This document shows, piece by piece, positions 1 to 11,314 of a DNA stretch of 64,000 nucleotides. A program made the position numbers and the translations under genes. Under the pieces are notes generated by a model. That model was not told where the DNA came from. It made no database searches and was given only the letters and a program-made list of their open reading frames with translations. Within the stretch, counting starts at the first letter, position 1. Every line of letters begins with the position of its first letter. Source of the DNA: Giardia intestinalis (lineage: Eukaryota); assembly GCA_000002435.2 (NCBI GenBank), contig CM018791.1, one strand, 5' to 3'.

Positions 1-286
1 AGACGCCATTACTGTGCGGGATCCTCTGAGCTTCACTATCCATAGGCACGGGTTTGTGTTTCCCTTGCCTCGTAGAAGGTTCTCGGTCACGCTAATGCAG
101 GCAGGAAAGGAGGTTTGTGCACTTGACGGAGTCGAGGGAGTGGCAGGACTCAACACGATCTATCTAGATAGCTGTGCTGAGAGGATGCAGGAGCTCCGAG
201 ACAAACAATACTACCTAAAGCTATGCTCTCAGAAGATGGAGTGCACGGTAACGCCGACTTTCACGGTACTAGATGACACTCATTGA
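1..286 (+). CDS. 3' end (last 95 or more codons) of the arm-duplicated cathepsin-B-like multidomain gene. This is a partial CDS that enters from beyond the left window edge.
   Basis: The frame is open from position 2. Translation DAITVRDPLSFTIHRHGFVF...VLDDTH is identical to the C-terminus of the 783-aa protein at 20291..22642 (-). Confidence 0.7.
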   Translation, partial: DAITVRDPLSFTIHRHGFVFPLPRRRFSVTLMQAGKEVCALDGVEGVAGLNTIYLDSCAERMQELRDKQYYLKLCSQKMECTVTPTFTVLDDTH

Positions 287-3200
287 CACACTCTGATGAA
301 CTAGATGGTAAATCTATCCTAAGCAAAGATGTTGTCGGTTACACTGGACAGACTGTCATAAGCTCCTTCCCTTCATAGCCGACCGACTTTACCGAGGCTC
401 CGAGAAGAACAGGCCGACACCAGTTTATGCCGAGCATGCCACCAACACACCAGCCAGCCAAAACCTCTGACATTAGCGCTCACTCCTTCATCCAGACAAG
501 TATCTAGCAAAGCCTAGAGCCCCGTGCCCTTGTTTCATTCTGCTGTAGGAGCGAAACCCAGAGGCGTCCCAAGTTCTCTGTACTCGACATAGCGAGAGGC
601 CAAAACTAGGATAGGGACCGTCTTACCACTGCAGACCAGTGTAGGCGCACATAGAACCGCAGCAGAGAGGATCCTAGAGGCATCCTTAGCATCTTCGTAC
701 TAAGAAGGCCAGAGCTGGACAGAGCCCCTTTTCTATAATCCAACTGGAGTCCGGCACTAGTATTGGGGGAGTAAGATCCTAGCCCCTAGAGCGCAAAAGG
801 CACAGGGTAATCCGATCCAAAGCAATCTATTCTCGACACGCATTGCAGCCAGCGCCCTCAGCAGCATACGAACAAAAGGCATGCACTTCCGATTATGCAG
901 ATCAACACAATCCATTATACGGCACAGCCACTTTTGCCAGACGAATCCCTGTGCATGGAGGCATCCAACTAAGCTACGGAGACAGCGTGGGCCAGCTGGG
1001 CGCCGAACGTATACAGAAGAGCGACATATTAGTAAGGCACCTTGTTAGAGATTCGAGCCGTACAGCGTTATCACTAGGGGACTGCTGCAGAGAAAACTGT
1101 GAGAGGATGAGGAACAACTGGATTGCCATACAACCGGCTCGAAGCAAAACCACTTTGCATGACAGAACAGCTCTCCGTGTCAATATGAATATTGTCATCG
1201 AGAATGGCTCAGGGAAGAGAAGCACATGGTCAGAGCGGATGGTATAGGAACAAGGTGTTGTTTGCCAGAACTGCGACGTGGGTGCCCAGATTACCAGATT
1301 CTGGAGGTAGATGGCATCGGTGCTTTTAGTCCTGCAAGATCCCATTGTCTGCCTTATGGCAATCTCAGAACACACGCCTAAGTGGAGAGATAGGGCGCCA
1401 CCAAGGAGTAAACAAGAGAAGTTAAAGTGCAAACCTGTCGTTGGGGTCTAGTCTTTCATGCCTACACTACCCCTGACAAGGATGCATCCAACCACTCAGC
1501 TGCTCGAGATTGGAATCAGTACACCGGAAATGTTATGGCAGAATGAGGTATTCAATTGTTAGTGCTAGGTGTGGATTTTATTCTTATGTAGGGCTAAGTA
1601 GTATGATTAAACAGGTGCCCAGAGGCTTCATAGGGGAATGAATAAGGAGCCATCAGCGAGTTCGATGCTTGGGCTATAGTGTAACAGACAGAACGAGGAA
1701 GCGGGACTCTCTCCCGTGGTGCATCATGCTACTCTACTATTTCATGCGAAGAACAGCTTTGTTGCAAGGGCTCTGTATCCCCATGGCCTATCGGCTAGGG
1801 TCCGCCATCACATAATGTCGCTATCTATATCACCGGGCTTTCTATCGCTATGTAAGTCAGAGCTGCCTTCTCTGCATCATCACTGTATCAATGTACTGTG
1901 CCAGCAAAATCCTACTGTCTTACATGACACGATAGAGGTAGGCACGTTGCACATAACGAGTCCATTCACGGACAGGGGGTTTTGAGGCCTTTTATCTTTG
2001 CTTTTTCTGGCATCGTCTATCAGTAAAAGTATCCAGCAGTGCCCGAGCCCAGCAATTCAACTACTGCAACGGTGGGTGCGCAGTGAGTCTAACGCGATCA
2101 TCATATGAAGACTGCACAACGCCAGGGATATTCTGTTGGATGCTCCTATCGGACTTGGTATCAAGAATGGCATGAAGGGGACATGACCATCACATAGGCT
2201 GCGTGGTACCAGTAGTGTTAGCACAGTAGCAGATCTGGATAGGCCTGAAGGTAGACAAAGCCTACAAGCAAGTGACTCGTCCTCTTTGCTGCTACAACAG
2301 GTGCAATAGCACGTGGGTCCAAAGTCTAACCATCTGGGTCACAACTGTTACATATCGAAGGAGTGGACCGCATGGGATGCAGGCACGTGCAATGAGGAAT
2401 GTGAGAAGGCCACCTGGTCCAAACAGTGTCCCTGCTACTACTGTCCTCATTGCGTGGTGCACTCCATACCTAGAGTTCCGGGCTCAGACTGAACCCTGAG
2501 CCAACCCTCGAGAGATCCCATCTCCAGAAGGATGCGTCCTTCACTGTCTATGGCAGCGGGGTCAAAGAACTATGGCCCAAGTGCAGTCAGACTGGTTCGG
2601 TGTGGGGTGCAAGCGCCCACTATTCTCTCTCTGGCCGTCCAGTACCATGTGTTCTGTATCAGACAGGCAGGATCTGACGTTGCACAACACAAGAGCCCTT
2701 CCAGGATGTGCAGGGGGCTGTGTGATCTGTGATGGTGGCGCGTCTCTACCTTCGAAGATGCTGGCAGAGCCAGTGAGCCTAGTGAAGTACACCGGTAGCT
2801 ATAGCGTACCGAATGGATCAAGCCCTTTGCATCCGGTCACGAATTATGCCTTTGTAACAGACCACAGGTGAAGCGGGAAACTTAGCCCTGATGGTGGCAC
2901 GACTGTAATGGCTGGTGAGTCCAGAGTAACCGCCGAATTGGAGCCGTCGATGTGGTTTTCAACAAGGTACAGCAGAGCGTATGAGCCAGCTGAGCACTGA
3001 TGCTGGGCTTCTGAAGAGCTGGGGCTTGGACCTCTCAGATGAAGCAGGGTGAATTGTGTTGTCCTTGCTGAGTAATCTTAGAATCTCAAAGTGTCTGGAT
3101 CCGTACTTGCGTGTCCGTCAAAACCCACAGTGTGCTTTGGGACCGCACTAGTTGATAGGTCGAGATATTTGAGAAGAGCTTTGCTGTCTTCTGCCATCAG

Positions 3201-6200
3201 CATGCGCTGTCTCGTGGACCCATCCTGAGGTTACGCCCTTGAGTGACCAGAGGGGACCAAATGCCAGCAGAGCTGGTCAGCGAGGCAAGCCTGCTACAAG
3301 CAGCTTGTCGATCTAGCGAAAGGCATACCTACGGCGAAGAAGAGCATCTTGCACCAGTTGAGTGTGACTTAGGGCTAGGGGCGAATTGGGGGCTGGATCT
3401 GCGAACGACCGCCATTTTGCATCATCCTTGTGGCCATGACTAGGCCATCCAGGCAACACGCCTCGATACGGGCGCAGAGACTTGGAGAGTAGGATGCCCC
3501 CATAGGTTTGTTGCTTGAGTACTAAAAAATCCGGAACAACAATAACGGCTGCTGTCTCCTCGGGATGCCCATCTGTCCATAGGATCGGTCGTTCTAGCTT
3601 TGATCCACTGGACAAGTAGCCTAGGGGTATTCTGTGCCACAGTCTGACACACAGTGCAGTACAGGTACTCGTAAGCACAGCAATACAGGGGAGGGGAGTA
3701 GCATGAGCAGCCGGCGCGTTATGCTCCTGGTTGTGTACTGTAGCTTCCGCCTGTATAAAGCTACACTGAGCTAGCACGTCCTATTACCTTCCGGCGATGA
3801 CTGTCTCTACCACTGCGTTCGCTACAACAAGAGACGTATACGCCTGACAAATTAAGCAGATATTGCGGCATCCTTCTCTAGTAGCGTATACAGGCCCGCA
3901 CAATGCCATAGTAGATAGAGTAGATGTCATTTCATCTAAGGTGTCTACTTTGATGGAAGACAGCGCTCGGTTATACTAGAGATGCTTCTGTTTAAGCATA
4001 AGGTCTTTACGACTGCTTATCCATCAGCTACAGTGACAGCTGTATACCCAAAAGGATCCTGCAGAGCGCTCCGCCATCTTTCAAGGTGAAACATAGATAT
4101 GCGTACAAAGCTAAAAATAGAAATCTGTGCATCAAATGTCATAACCCTAGTGTGATGACTGGCCTAAATCACAATGCACTCGTCAAGAGCTTGTATACTC
4201 GCTTGCATACTCGCTATTAGTATTAAGCAAGAATACAGGGAGATTTGCCTCTGGTTGCGCTCACCTCATAATGTCTAGTCCTCGGTGACACGCTTCAAGG
4301 AGGAAGAATGTCTGCTAGGTGCTTGGAAGACTATCCGTGCATGGCGGCTCCTAGAGAGCCGGTTCGCATGGAGAATGTAAGGGTAATCAACAGATCAGTG
4401 AGATAAAACTGACGCTACAGAGACTAGCTATTAGCTCGGATTACAGCAGGGACACCTGTAATGCCTCTCTGACCTCTAAACCTGGAGAGGTCGTAGGGTC
4501 TGCAGACAAGCTGGACGCTGCTTTTTGATTTTATGCATTTACGGCAGCGTAATATCTATCAAGAGTTGCTTCGTTTGGAGCCGAGGGTATTCACCTTCCC
4601 TTCGTATACAGATGAGGAGCGATTGTAGAGATCTCCACAGGCTGGTACCGGTCGATATGGTCACTATCCACACTGTCTCAGCTGCGTCCTCCCATGCCAG
4701 ATGGACACCAATAATGCTTCTTGGCCACATGACGTCCTACGATGCATCTCCACCTTCGACACAGGTTGCTACACACACTGCGTAGTTTAGATTGCTCATT
4801 AGCCAAGGTGATCTGATCAGCTCTTGTCCTCTGCCCGTCTATCTCGTGCAACCACTACTGATGGCCTTTCCAGATCAGCGAGTGCTTCCATCGGTCCCGC
4901 AAGGGCATACGTCATACAGGCGACCACTACGGACTAGGGTCCTGTCTACCAAAGAAAGGGTCAACCAGTTTACTACGTAGGCATTCATTGTGCGTCTCAT
5001 ATAGTCCGGCAGGTCTTGTGCTCTCCAACATTCCCTCGCAAGCCTCCGACTAAAGCCATGCATATCGTTATTGACAAGCACCTTAGCTTTATTCGACCAC
5101 TTAGGGCGTTAGATCCTTTGCCCTGTACAGTGGGTATGCTCAGCGTGGGAGGTTCACAATCAGCATTAGCTTTCTTGGCTCATTGTTTGAGTAATACTGT
5201 CATTGCTTCTCGATTCAACTAGCAACTCAACTAATGGTCTCAAATGCAAATGATAACTCACCAGTAGGTAGTCAGCAATAACTGTGGCGCATATCTCCGC
5301 CAAGACACGGCTTCCTGAGCAGGGGCATGAAGTGGGCCTCTGCCATTCTACGGTCCTGCTGCTCCCTCGGATAGCAAGGATCGGAACAGCCTAGGCTAAC
5401 ATTGATCGCTTCCGGGTCTCCATCTGTCCTCGTTGTCTGAGGTAGGCTTGACTTCATAAACTGAAAGGTACTGCACTGTACTCTGGATCTGCGAAATTCA
5501 ATTAGGCAGGGCTGCCATTTCGGTGGCTGCACTGATGTAGCTGCGCACCCCGCAGGACCTCCAGAGAGCATTACAGCTCAATGGAACCCTTTATTTGTCT
5601 AATGCAAGTTGTAGCTGTGACCTTATAGGTGCAGGACTTTCTAGAATAACCGGCCAACTACAGAGTTCGCTCATTCATGTAGAGCCAACGAATAGAGAGT
5701 AACATCAGTTTCGTCGATCGTCTACAACGCACATCAGTCAAATCTCACAGGCGAGTAAGCCCCATCCACCCCGCAGCAATAAGCATCAGTAGGTGTTCTT
5801 CATAACGATAAGTAGACAGGCTTTCAACAATCACAGCACCCGCTTTCCTGTTGAAGACCTTCCAGTCACTAGCCTAGGTCAGCTTCCTACAAGATCCGTG
5901 ATGGAATTGTATCAGAAATGCATGCTTATGGGACTCCCAGCTCAAGATGTATGCTGCTGGATCCCACTTTCCATACCAGTCTGTGTACGGCGGTTCTTTT
6001 GGCCCCTAGTGGAGCCATAGAAGATTGCAGGATATGATGTCCTCAGTAGGGCTTTATCTGACTCCTATAGCTATATGACAAGAAGATCCCGGCCTTCTAT
6101 GCATTATTTAACGCATGCTAAGGTGCACTAGTACAACCCCTACAGTGTGGCATGATTCGTGAGTCAAGAGGTAGGACGCTTACGCTGATTGGCATGTCTC

Positions 6201-7289
6201 CTCAGGGCCAACTACAGCTCGGACCAAAGGTCATGAGCGAATGCTATTCGATTCCCTTATCAACAGATGGGGGTCAACTGCTCTAACACCCACAGGAGGT
6301 CACAAAAGGTACTGGACCAGGCATCCGGCCAACGCCTGGCAAACCAGCGCGGTCTCCTTGGATTCTATTCTTTCCTCACAAGCATCCACATGTAGGAAGC
6401 TCTGAGGGCTTAAAGCCTTACACTAGCAGGCTCAAAGTACTGCAAACCCGGCTGCCTCCACTAGCGATGGTAGCGACAGCACTAGGATGATCCAGAGGGG
6501 AGGATAAGAGTCCTGCTCCATCAGTTTAGGGGGTGACACAGTTTGGGCAAGGTTTTCTCCTTGTCTAGATTTAGGAGTGCTGGCCTACGCTCTCTGAAGC
6601 CCAATTGACACCCTGTCATGCGATAGGATATCTTAAAGTATTCATTACAAAAGATCAGAAATAGCGCCATGCACACCCAACAAACCAGAGCGCCTCGTAG
6701 GCTAATCTATACTGATTCACACTTCTACGGGCCTTAGCGATCACTGTAGCCTTTTCTCGGGATCTCGCACAAGACTGTCCTTGAGTGCGGTTCTCTCACG
6801 ACAGCCGGGAGTCGCAGACATAATCTAAGGAAGTGATGATGCAACAGAGGCGGAAACGAGGTCATCGGCGCATGGGGGTCCGTAGGGGCCCGATCCGCGC
6901 AAGGAAGGCACAGGGAGCTGACTCATCAGGGACGTAGAGACCCCAGGAGAGGAGCCAGCAACGAACCCACGGCACAGCAGGGGCACCTGAGCTGTCTTTT
7001 GATTGGCCGCAGGGTAGAGAGGCGGCGAGCGTGTGAAGAAGTTTCACCACCTATTTTTGGATTTTTTGTTTCCCTGCGTGTTGTGCAGGGGGTATGGAGT
7101 TCAGGCCCAGAGAGCTCGCGTGGGCTGTATGCAGTAGATGTACTTAGTATTTGATGAGCTTCTATGTCCTAAGCAGAGGTATCGTAGGAGACGAATCTCT
7201 TTGGATTAATTAGCACAGTATATAGTAAGTCAGGTCTTTAGTCTTAAGTATTTTATTCTTACTCATGCGATAAGCTGAGAAGGACCTCA

Positions 7290-8945
7290 ATGTTGTTGGT
7301 AGCTTTCTACTTTGTGCTGAGTGCTCTTGCAGCAGAATGTAGCGCGGAGGGAACTGCTAAAGATAACTGTGAAGCCAATCATTGCGAAATGGTTGGTGGC
7401 ACTGAAATCTGTACGCAATGTCAAACAGGAAAGGTTCCAATTGATGGGCAATGTGCAGGTGCTACTGATAGCAACACAAAGTGCAAGAATGCTGATGGCG
7501 TTGCTGATGCAGATCAGACGTGCGGAAAATGTCTTCTAGAAACTTTCATGTACAAAGGAGGATGCTATGTAACAACCAAGGCTCCTGGTAATGTGATGTG
7601 CGGAGATGCAGCTGCTGGTAAGTGCACACAGGTTAAGGCTGGGTACTTCCTGCCGCCGGGCGCTGATAATGCGCACGACTCGGTTGTTTCATGCGGGGAT
7701 ACAACGGGCGTGACGCTTACTGACAATAAGAAGTACACGGGCGTGGCCGGGTGTGGTAAGTGTGAGCAACCCGGCGAAGCACAGAATGGCACTCCCAAGG
7801 CCGCCACATGCACTGAGTGCCAGGCGGATAAGTATCTGAAGACAGAATCAGGGACAACCTCTTGTGTTGACGAAGGGAACTGCAATAACGGATTCTTCCC
7901 CACCACTGATGCACAGAGTAATAACAAGAAGGTATGTGCTCTGTGTAGTGAGGCCGATAAGGGTGGCATAGCCGACTGCAAGAAGTGCTCCCTCAAAGCA
8001 ACGTCTGCAAGAGCAGGTCCAATGGTTACGTGCTCTGAGTGTACTAATAATAATCTGAGCCCCCTGAAGGACGAGTGCATGCTCGGTTGCCCTGCTGGCA
8101 CATATGCCAACAACAAGGTGTGCACCCTCTGCCACGAGTCGTGCGCTGGCTGCCAGACCGACGACAAGGAGACCTCCTGTACGGCCTGCTACCCCGGGTC
8201 TGTACTTGAGCATGATGGTGATCTGACTACTGGCAAATGCATCCAGGAGTGCACGGGAAGGTACGCAGAGAACTGCGAAGCTGGCCAGTGCACGGCCGTC
8301 GTTGGGGGATCCAAGTATTGCAGCAGGTGCAAGACAGGGTTCGTTCCGATAAACGGCATGTGCGTCTCTACAACAGCCCGCGCAGCCACAGAGTGTGTGG
8401 CTGGAGAGGGAGTCTGCACTAGTTGCACGGGCGCATACTTCTTAGAATCTGGCGGATGCTATAAAACCGGGGCATTTCCAGGTAACACGTTGTGCATAGC
8501 CGCAGGGGCCAATGGAAAGTGTGCAAACTGCGCCAATGGACAGAATGCAGATCCTCAAACAGGCGCGTGTCCCCCGTGTCCAGCCAACTGCTCAAAGTGC
8601 AGCGGCGATAGCGATGTTAAGACGTGTACTGAGTGCTATTCTGGATACTATCTTGACACTGGAAAAGAGTGTAAAAAGTGTTCTGAAACAAGTGGTAACA
8701 TCCAAGGCGTACCTAATTGCGTGAGCTGTAAAGCTCCTTCGTCTCCTAATGCGCCGACTCCTGTTACCTGCTATGTTAAAACAGACGCCACTAACAACGG
8801 CGATAACGATAACAACGGCGGAAGCACGAACAAGAGCGGCCTCTCCACTGGGGCCATCGCGGGTATCTCCGTTGCTGTGGTGGTTGTTGTGGGTGGTCTC
8901 GTAGGGTTCCTCTGCTGGTGGTTCATATGTAGGGGGAAGGCGTAG
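7290..8945 (+). CDS. Variant-specific surface protein (VSP), 551 aa
   Basis: Signal peptide MLLVAFYFVLSALAAEC, 29 or more CXXC motifs, two GGCY motifs, C-terminal TM helix GISVAVVVVVGGLVGFLCWWFI and the invariant CRGKA tail. ATG lies at 7290. Confidence 0.92.
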   Translation: MLLVAFYFVLSALAAECSAEGTAKDNCEANHCEMVGGTEICTQCQTGKVPIDGQCAGATDSNTKCKNADGVADADQTCGKCLLETFMYKGGCYVTTKAPGNVMCGDAAAGKCTQVKAGYFLPPGADNAHDSVVSCGDTTGVTLTDNKKYTGVAGCGKCEQPGEAQNGTPKAATCTECQADKYLKTESGTTSCVDEGNCNNGFFPTTDAQSNNKKVCALCSEADKGGIADCKKCSLKATSARAGPMVTCSECTNNNLSPLKDECMLGCPAGTYANNKVCTLCHESCAGCQTDDKETSCTACYPGSVLEHDGDLTTGKCIQECTGRYAENCEAGQCTAVVGGSKYCSRCKTGFVPINGMCVSTTARAATECVAGEGVCTSCTGAYFLESGGCYKTGAFPGNTLCIAAGANGKCANCANGQNADPQTGACPPCPANCSKCSGDSDVKTCTECYSGYYLDTGKECKKCSETSGNIQGVPNCVSCKAPSSPNAPTPVTCYVKTDATNNGDNDNNGGSTNKSGLSTGAIAGISVAVVVVVGGLVGFLCWWFICRGKA

Positions 8946-8959
8946 ATGTGTACTTAGGT

Positions 8960-8966
8960 AGTAAAC
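8960..8966 (+). terminator. Giardia-type polyadenylation signal AGTAAAC, 15 nt after the VSP stop. The mirrored copy for the second VSP lies at 11611..11617 on the - strand.
   Basis: Sequence ...tag gtagtaaacgcg... The motif matches the Giardia consensus AGTRAAY. Confidence 0.6.
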
Positions 8967-9513
8967 GCGTCACTGTATATGATTTATTACACTATGCTGC
9001 TGGGGCTATCTGAGTGTGGCCCAGAGATCGTGCGGGTAATCATCGCTCCTTCCTGGTCAGTTCAGAGACGACTGTTGGTCATGGATAGCATAACAAGAGG
9101 GTCCTCTCCAGTGATATATTCAGAGTCTGGGCATTCCTCGGCCACTCCATGAGGATATGCTCTGTCTGGATATCCATGCCGATCTGCCTTGGATTCAGGC
9201 CTTCTTGTAGACTCTCTGCTCTACCGGTGGGGCCTCTCCTTGGTCTTCCTTCGTGGTGGGTGAGACTCCGGTCGCTGTCTTTTTTAGATGCCCCCGTCTG
9301 TCAGGGGCTGCCATCGGGGCTCTCCGCTGGCTGGGCCCCTCGGTGTCCGGTCAGCTGTGGCCCGGGCAGCGCTTCTACAGTCGTGGTCACGCAGGTCTCA
9401 GTGGGCCAGCTGGTGGGTGAGGCGGTGGGGGCTGGGCGGTGAGGCTGGGTTGCTGGGGCGGTGAGGCCGGAGGGGACTGGTGGGACCGGGTGGGGTGTTG
9501 TATGTGCCTCTGG

Positions 9514-11063
9514 TCCCTCGATAGACTGGGGTGATCGTAGCTGTGGTGACTGGGGGCTGTCTATCTGTGACTCATCCCTCTGTGTGCTCGTGGTCTGTGA
9601 GTGCCTCCACCCAGACAACCCTCAGGAGCCGTGCACGCCGGGACAGAGAGGATGACCAGGGGGTCAGGCAGCCCTGCCATGAGGGTGCATAGCAACCAGC
9701 CTGAGATGCAGGGCCTGCTCGAGCGATGGTAGTGGCAGACGACTCCCTCTGACAGCGACCCTTGATGACTGCACTGGTCTGCTTTCGAGGCTGAGTGACA
9801 GTGTGCACAGATGGACATGAGTGCAGGAGGACCATCCACACACGGACAGACTGTGCCCCCATACGAGAGTACCAGGCAACCACCCGAGCACCCGAGAGGC
9901 AGTGACAGACACGGGCACCAGAGATCCCCGGCCAGACACATTACTGTGCTCATCCACAGGGGCATCAGAGGACCAGATGGAGTCACCCTCACAATCAGGG
10001 TATGATAGGAAGCCAGAGGACTCAAGCAGCACAGCAGAGCAAAGGGGGCCCAAGGGAGGCACACTCCAGCAGGTGAGCAGTGGCAGAGCCTTGATAGCTG
10101 CCAGGGTCTCCATGACACCCAGGCAGGCACCAGACTCCGAAGACTCGCTGGCCTCCACCGATGATCCGAGGGGGCAGCAACCAGAGGAGTGGGGAGACCT
10201 TAGGATACCACAAGAGGCCCGGCTGTCCAGCAGGCTATGAGGCAGACAGGTGACCTCTGAGCACCATAAGGCACAGAGCCGACAATCAGAGTGATGCCCG
10301 ATCACAGAGATGACCACGAGCACCATCCACCGCACTCTGAGGGGCTGTCAATCATTCACTGCCTCTCATAGCAGACCTCCTTGAGGGCAGTGCAGTGGGT
10401 CCCAGCTCATGCAGGAGGGTGTGTGCCTCCCCTGGCATAGGACACCCCGGCTCTCCCCGAGGGGTCATCAGAGCCACGAGAGGGGTCAAGGTCCCGATAG
10501 ATCACACTGGGAACTCCTGAGGGCACAGCAACTGAGATATGAGTGACCCCCAGCGTGCTCCTCTCTGCATGGTAGAGCATCCTGAGACCAAGGAGGCTCA
10601 CCCCTGCCTACGGACGACACACAGCGCTCCACAACGAGGACCCACCAGGAGCAGCACAGCTGACCACGGGGACAGTGCAGTCACCGGTGCCCCACCATGC
10701 CAGTCTTCTGGGCCATCACACTAGAGGCACGAGAGAACCCATCCCATCCACAGGCTCATCCACACCCCTGCTGGCCCGAGGTGAACTACCGTCGAGGCAC
10801 TGGACAGGGCATGCCAGGGGCTCAGCAGACCCGCACAGAGCAACAGGAGAGGCTGCGATGGCCTGCCTCAACCCTCACGCACCAGCCAGACAGAGAGGCA
10901 GTACTGCCTGAGATAAGGGGCCAAGGGAGGCGCTCAGTCAAGGGGACACGACACGATCGTCGGTGCCTCTGTCTCAGAGAGTGCAACGAAGGCTGGGGAT
11001 CAGACACAGCCACCTTAGCAAACAGAACGGGGATCACCCACCACCCCACTGACCCACCAGACC
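9514..11063. other. Unique, strand-asymmetric (T-poor on the + strand) central spacer of the IR1 palindrome
   Basis: There is no mirror identity across the axis here. Mirror identity resumes at 9399..9513 against 11064..11178, and a diverged patch of about 85% identity lies at 9263..9398 against 11179..11314. The + strand is A/C/G-rich, and the ORFs in this region are compositional. Confidence 0.7.
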
Positions 11064-11314
11064 CAGAGGCACATACAACACCCCACCCGGTCCCACCAGT
11101 CCCCTCCGGCCTCACCGCCCCAGCAACCCAGCCTCACCGCCCAGCCCCCACCGCCTCACCCACCAGCTGGTCGCTATAAGACCCAAGTGACCGCGACTGT
11201 AAAGCGCTGACCCAGATCCACAGCTGACCGGACACCGAGGAGCCCAGCCAGCGGAGAGCCCGGTGGCAGCCCCTGACAGACGGGGCATCTAAAAAAGGAC
11301 GGCGACCAGAGCTT

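Larger units (their letters stand above)
1..9262. repeat. IR1 left arm of a large palindrome (near-perfect identity to the reverse complement of 11315..20576). It is truncated by the window edge and continues leftward.
   Basis: ORF track: every ORF in 1..9262 has an identical mirror ORF with start+end summing to 20577 (for example 14..286 with the C-terminus of 20291..22642; 843..1247 with 19330..19734; 7290..8945 with 11632..13287). By-eye reverse-complement comparison of the inner boundary at 9241..9262 against 11315..11336 is identical. Confidence 0.9.

Noticed and set aside
843-6020. Short mirrored ORFs inside the palindrome arms (843..1247, 974..1432, 3313..3777, 5272..5571 and others) as genes
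   Set aside because: They overlap one another on opposite strands, have no domain signatures or initiator context, and appear twice only because the DNA is duplicated. I treat them as non-coding.
7565-8724. Antisense and alternate-frame ORFs inside the VSP genes (7565..8167, 7848..8213, 8189..8428, 8512..8724 and their mirrors)
   Set aside because: These are shadow ORFs of a long Cys-codon-rich gene. The VSP frame is the only one with a signal peptide, CXXC periodicity, TM helix and CRGKA.
9561-11179. ORFs of 100 to 220 aa in the palindrome centre (9561..10130, 9664..10335, 9821..10240, 10697..11179)
   Set aside because: The region is strongly T-poor on one strand, so stop codons are rare and long ORFs arise by composition. 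The translations are low-complexity with no motif.
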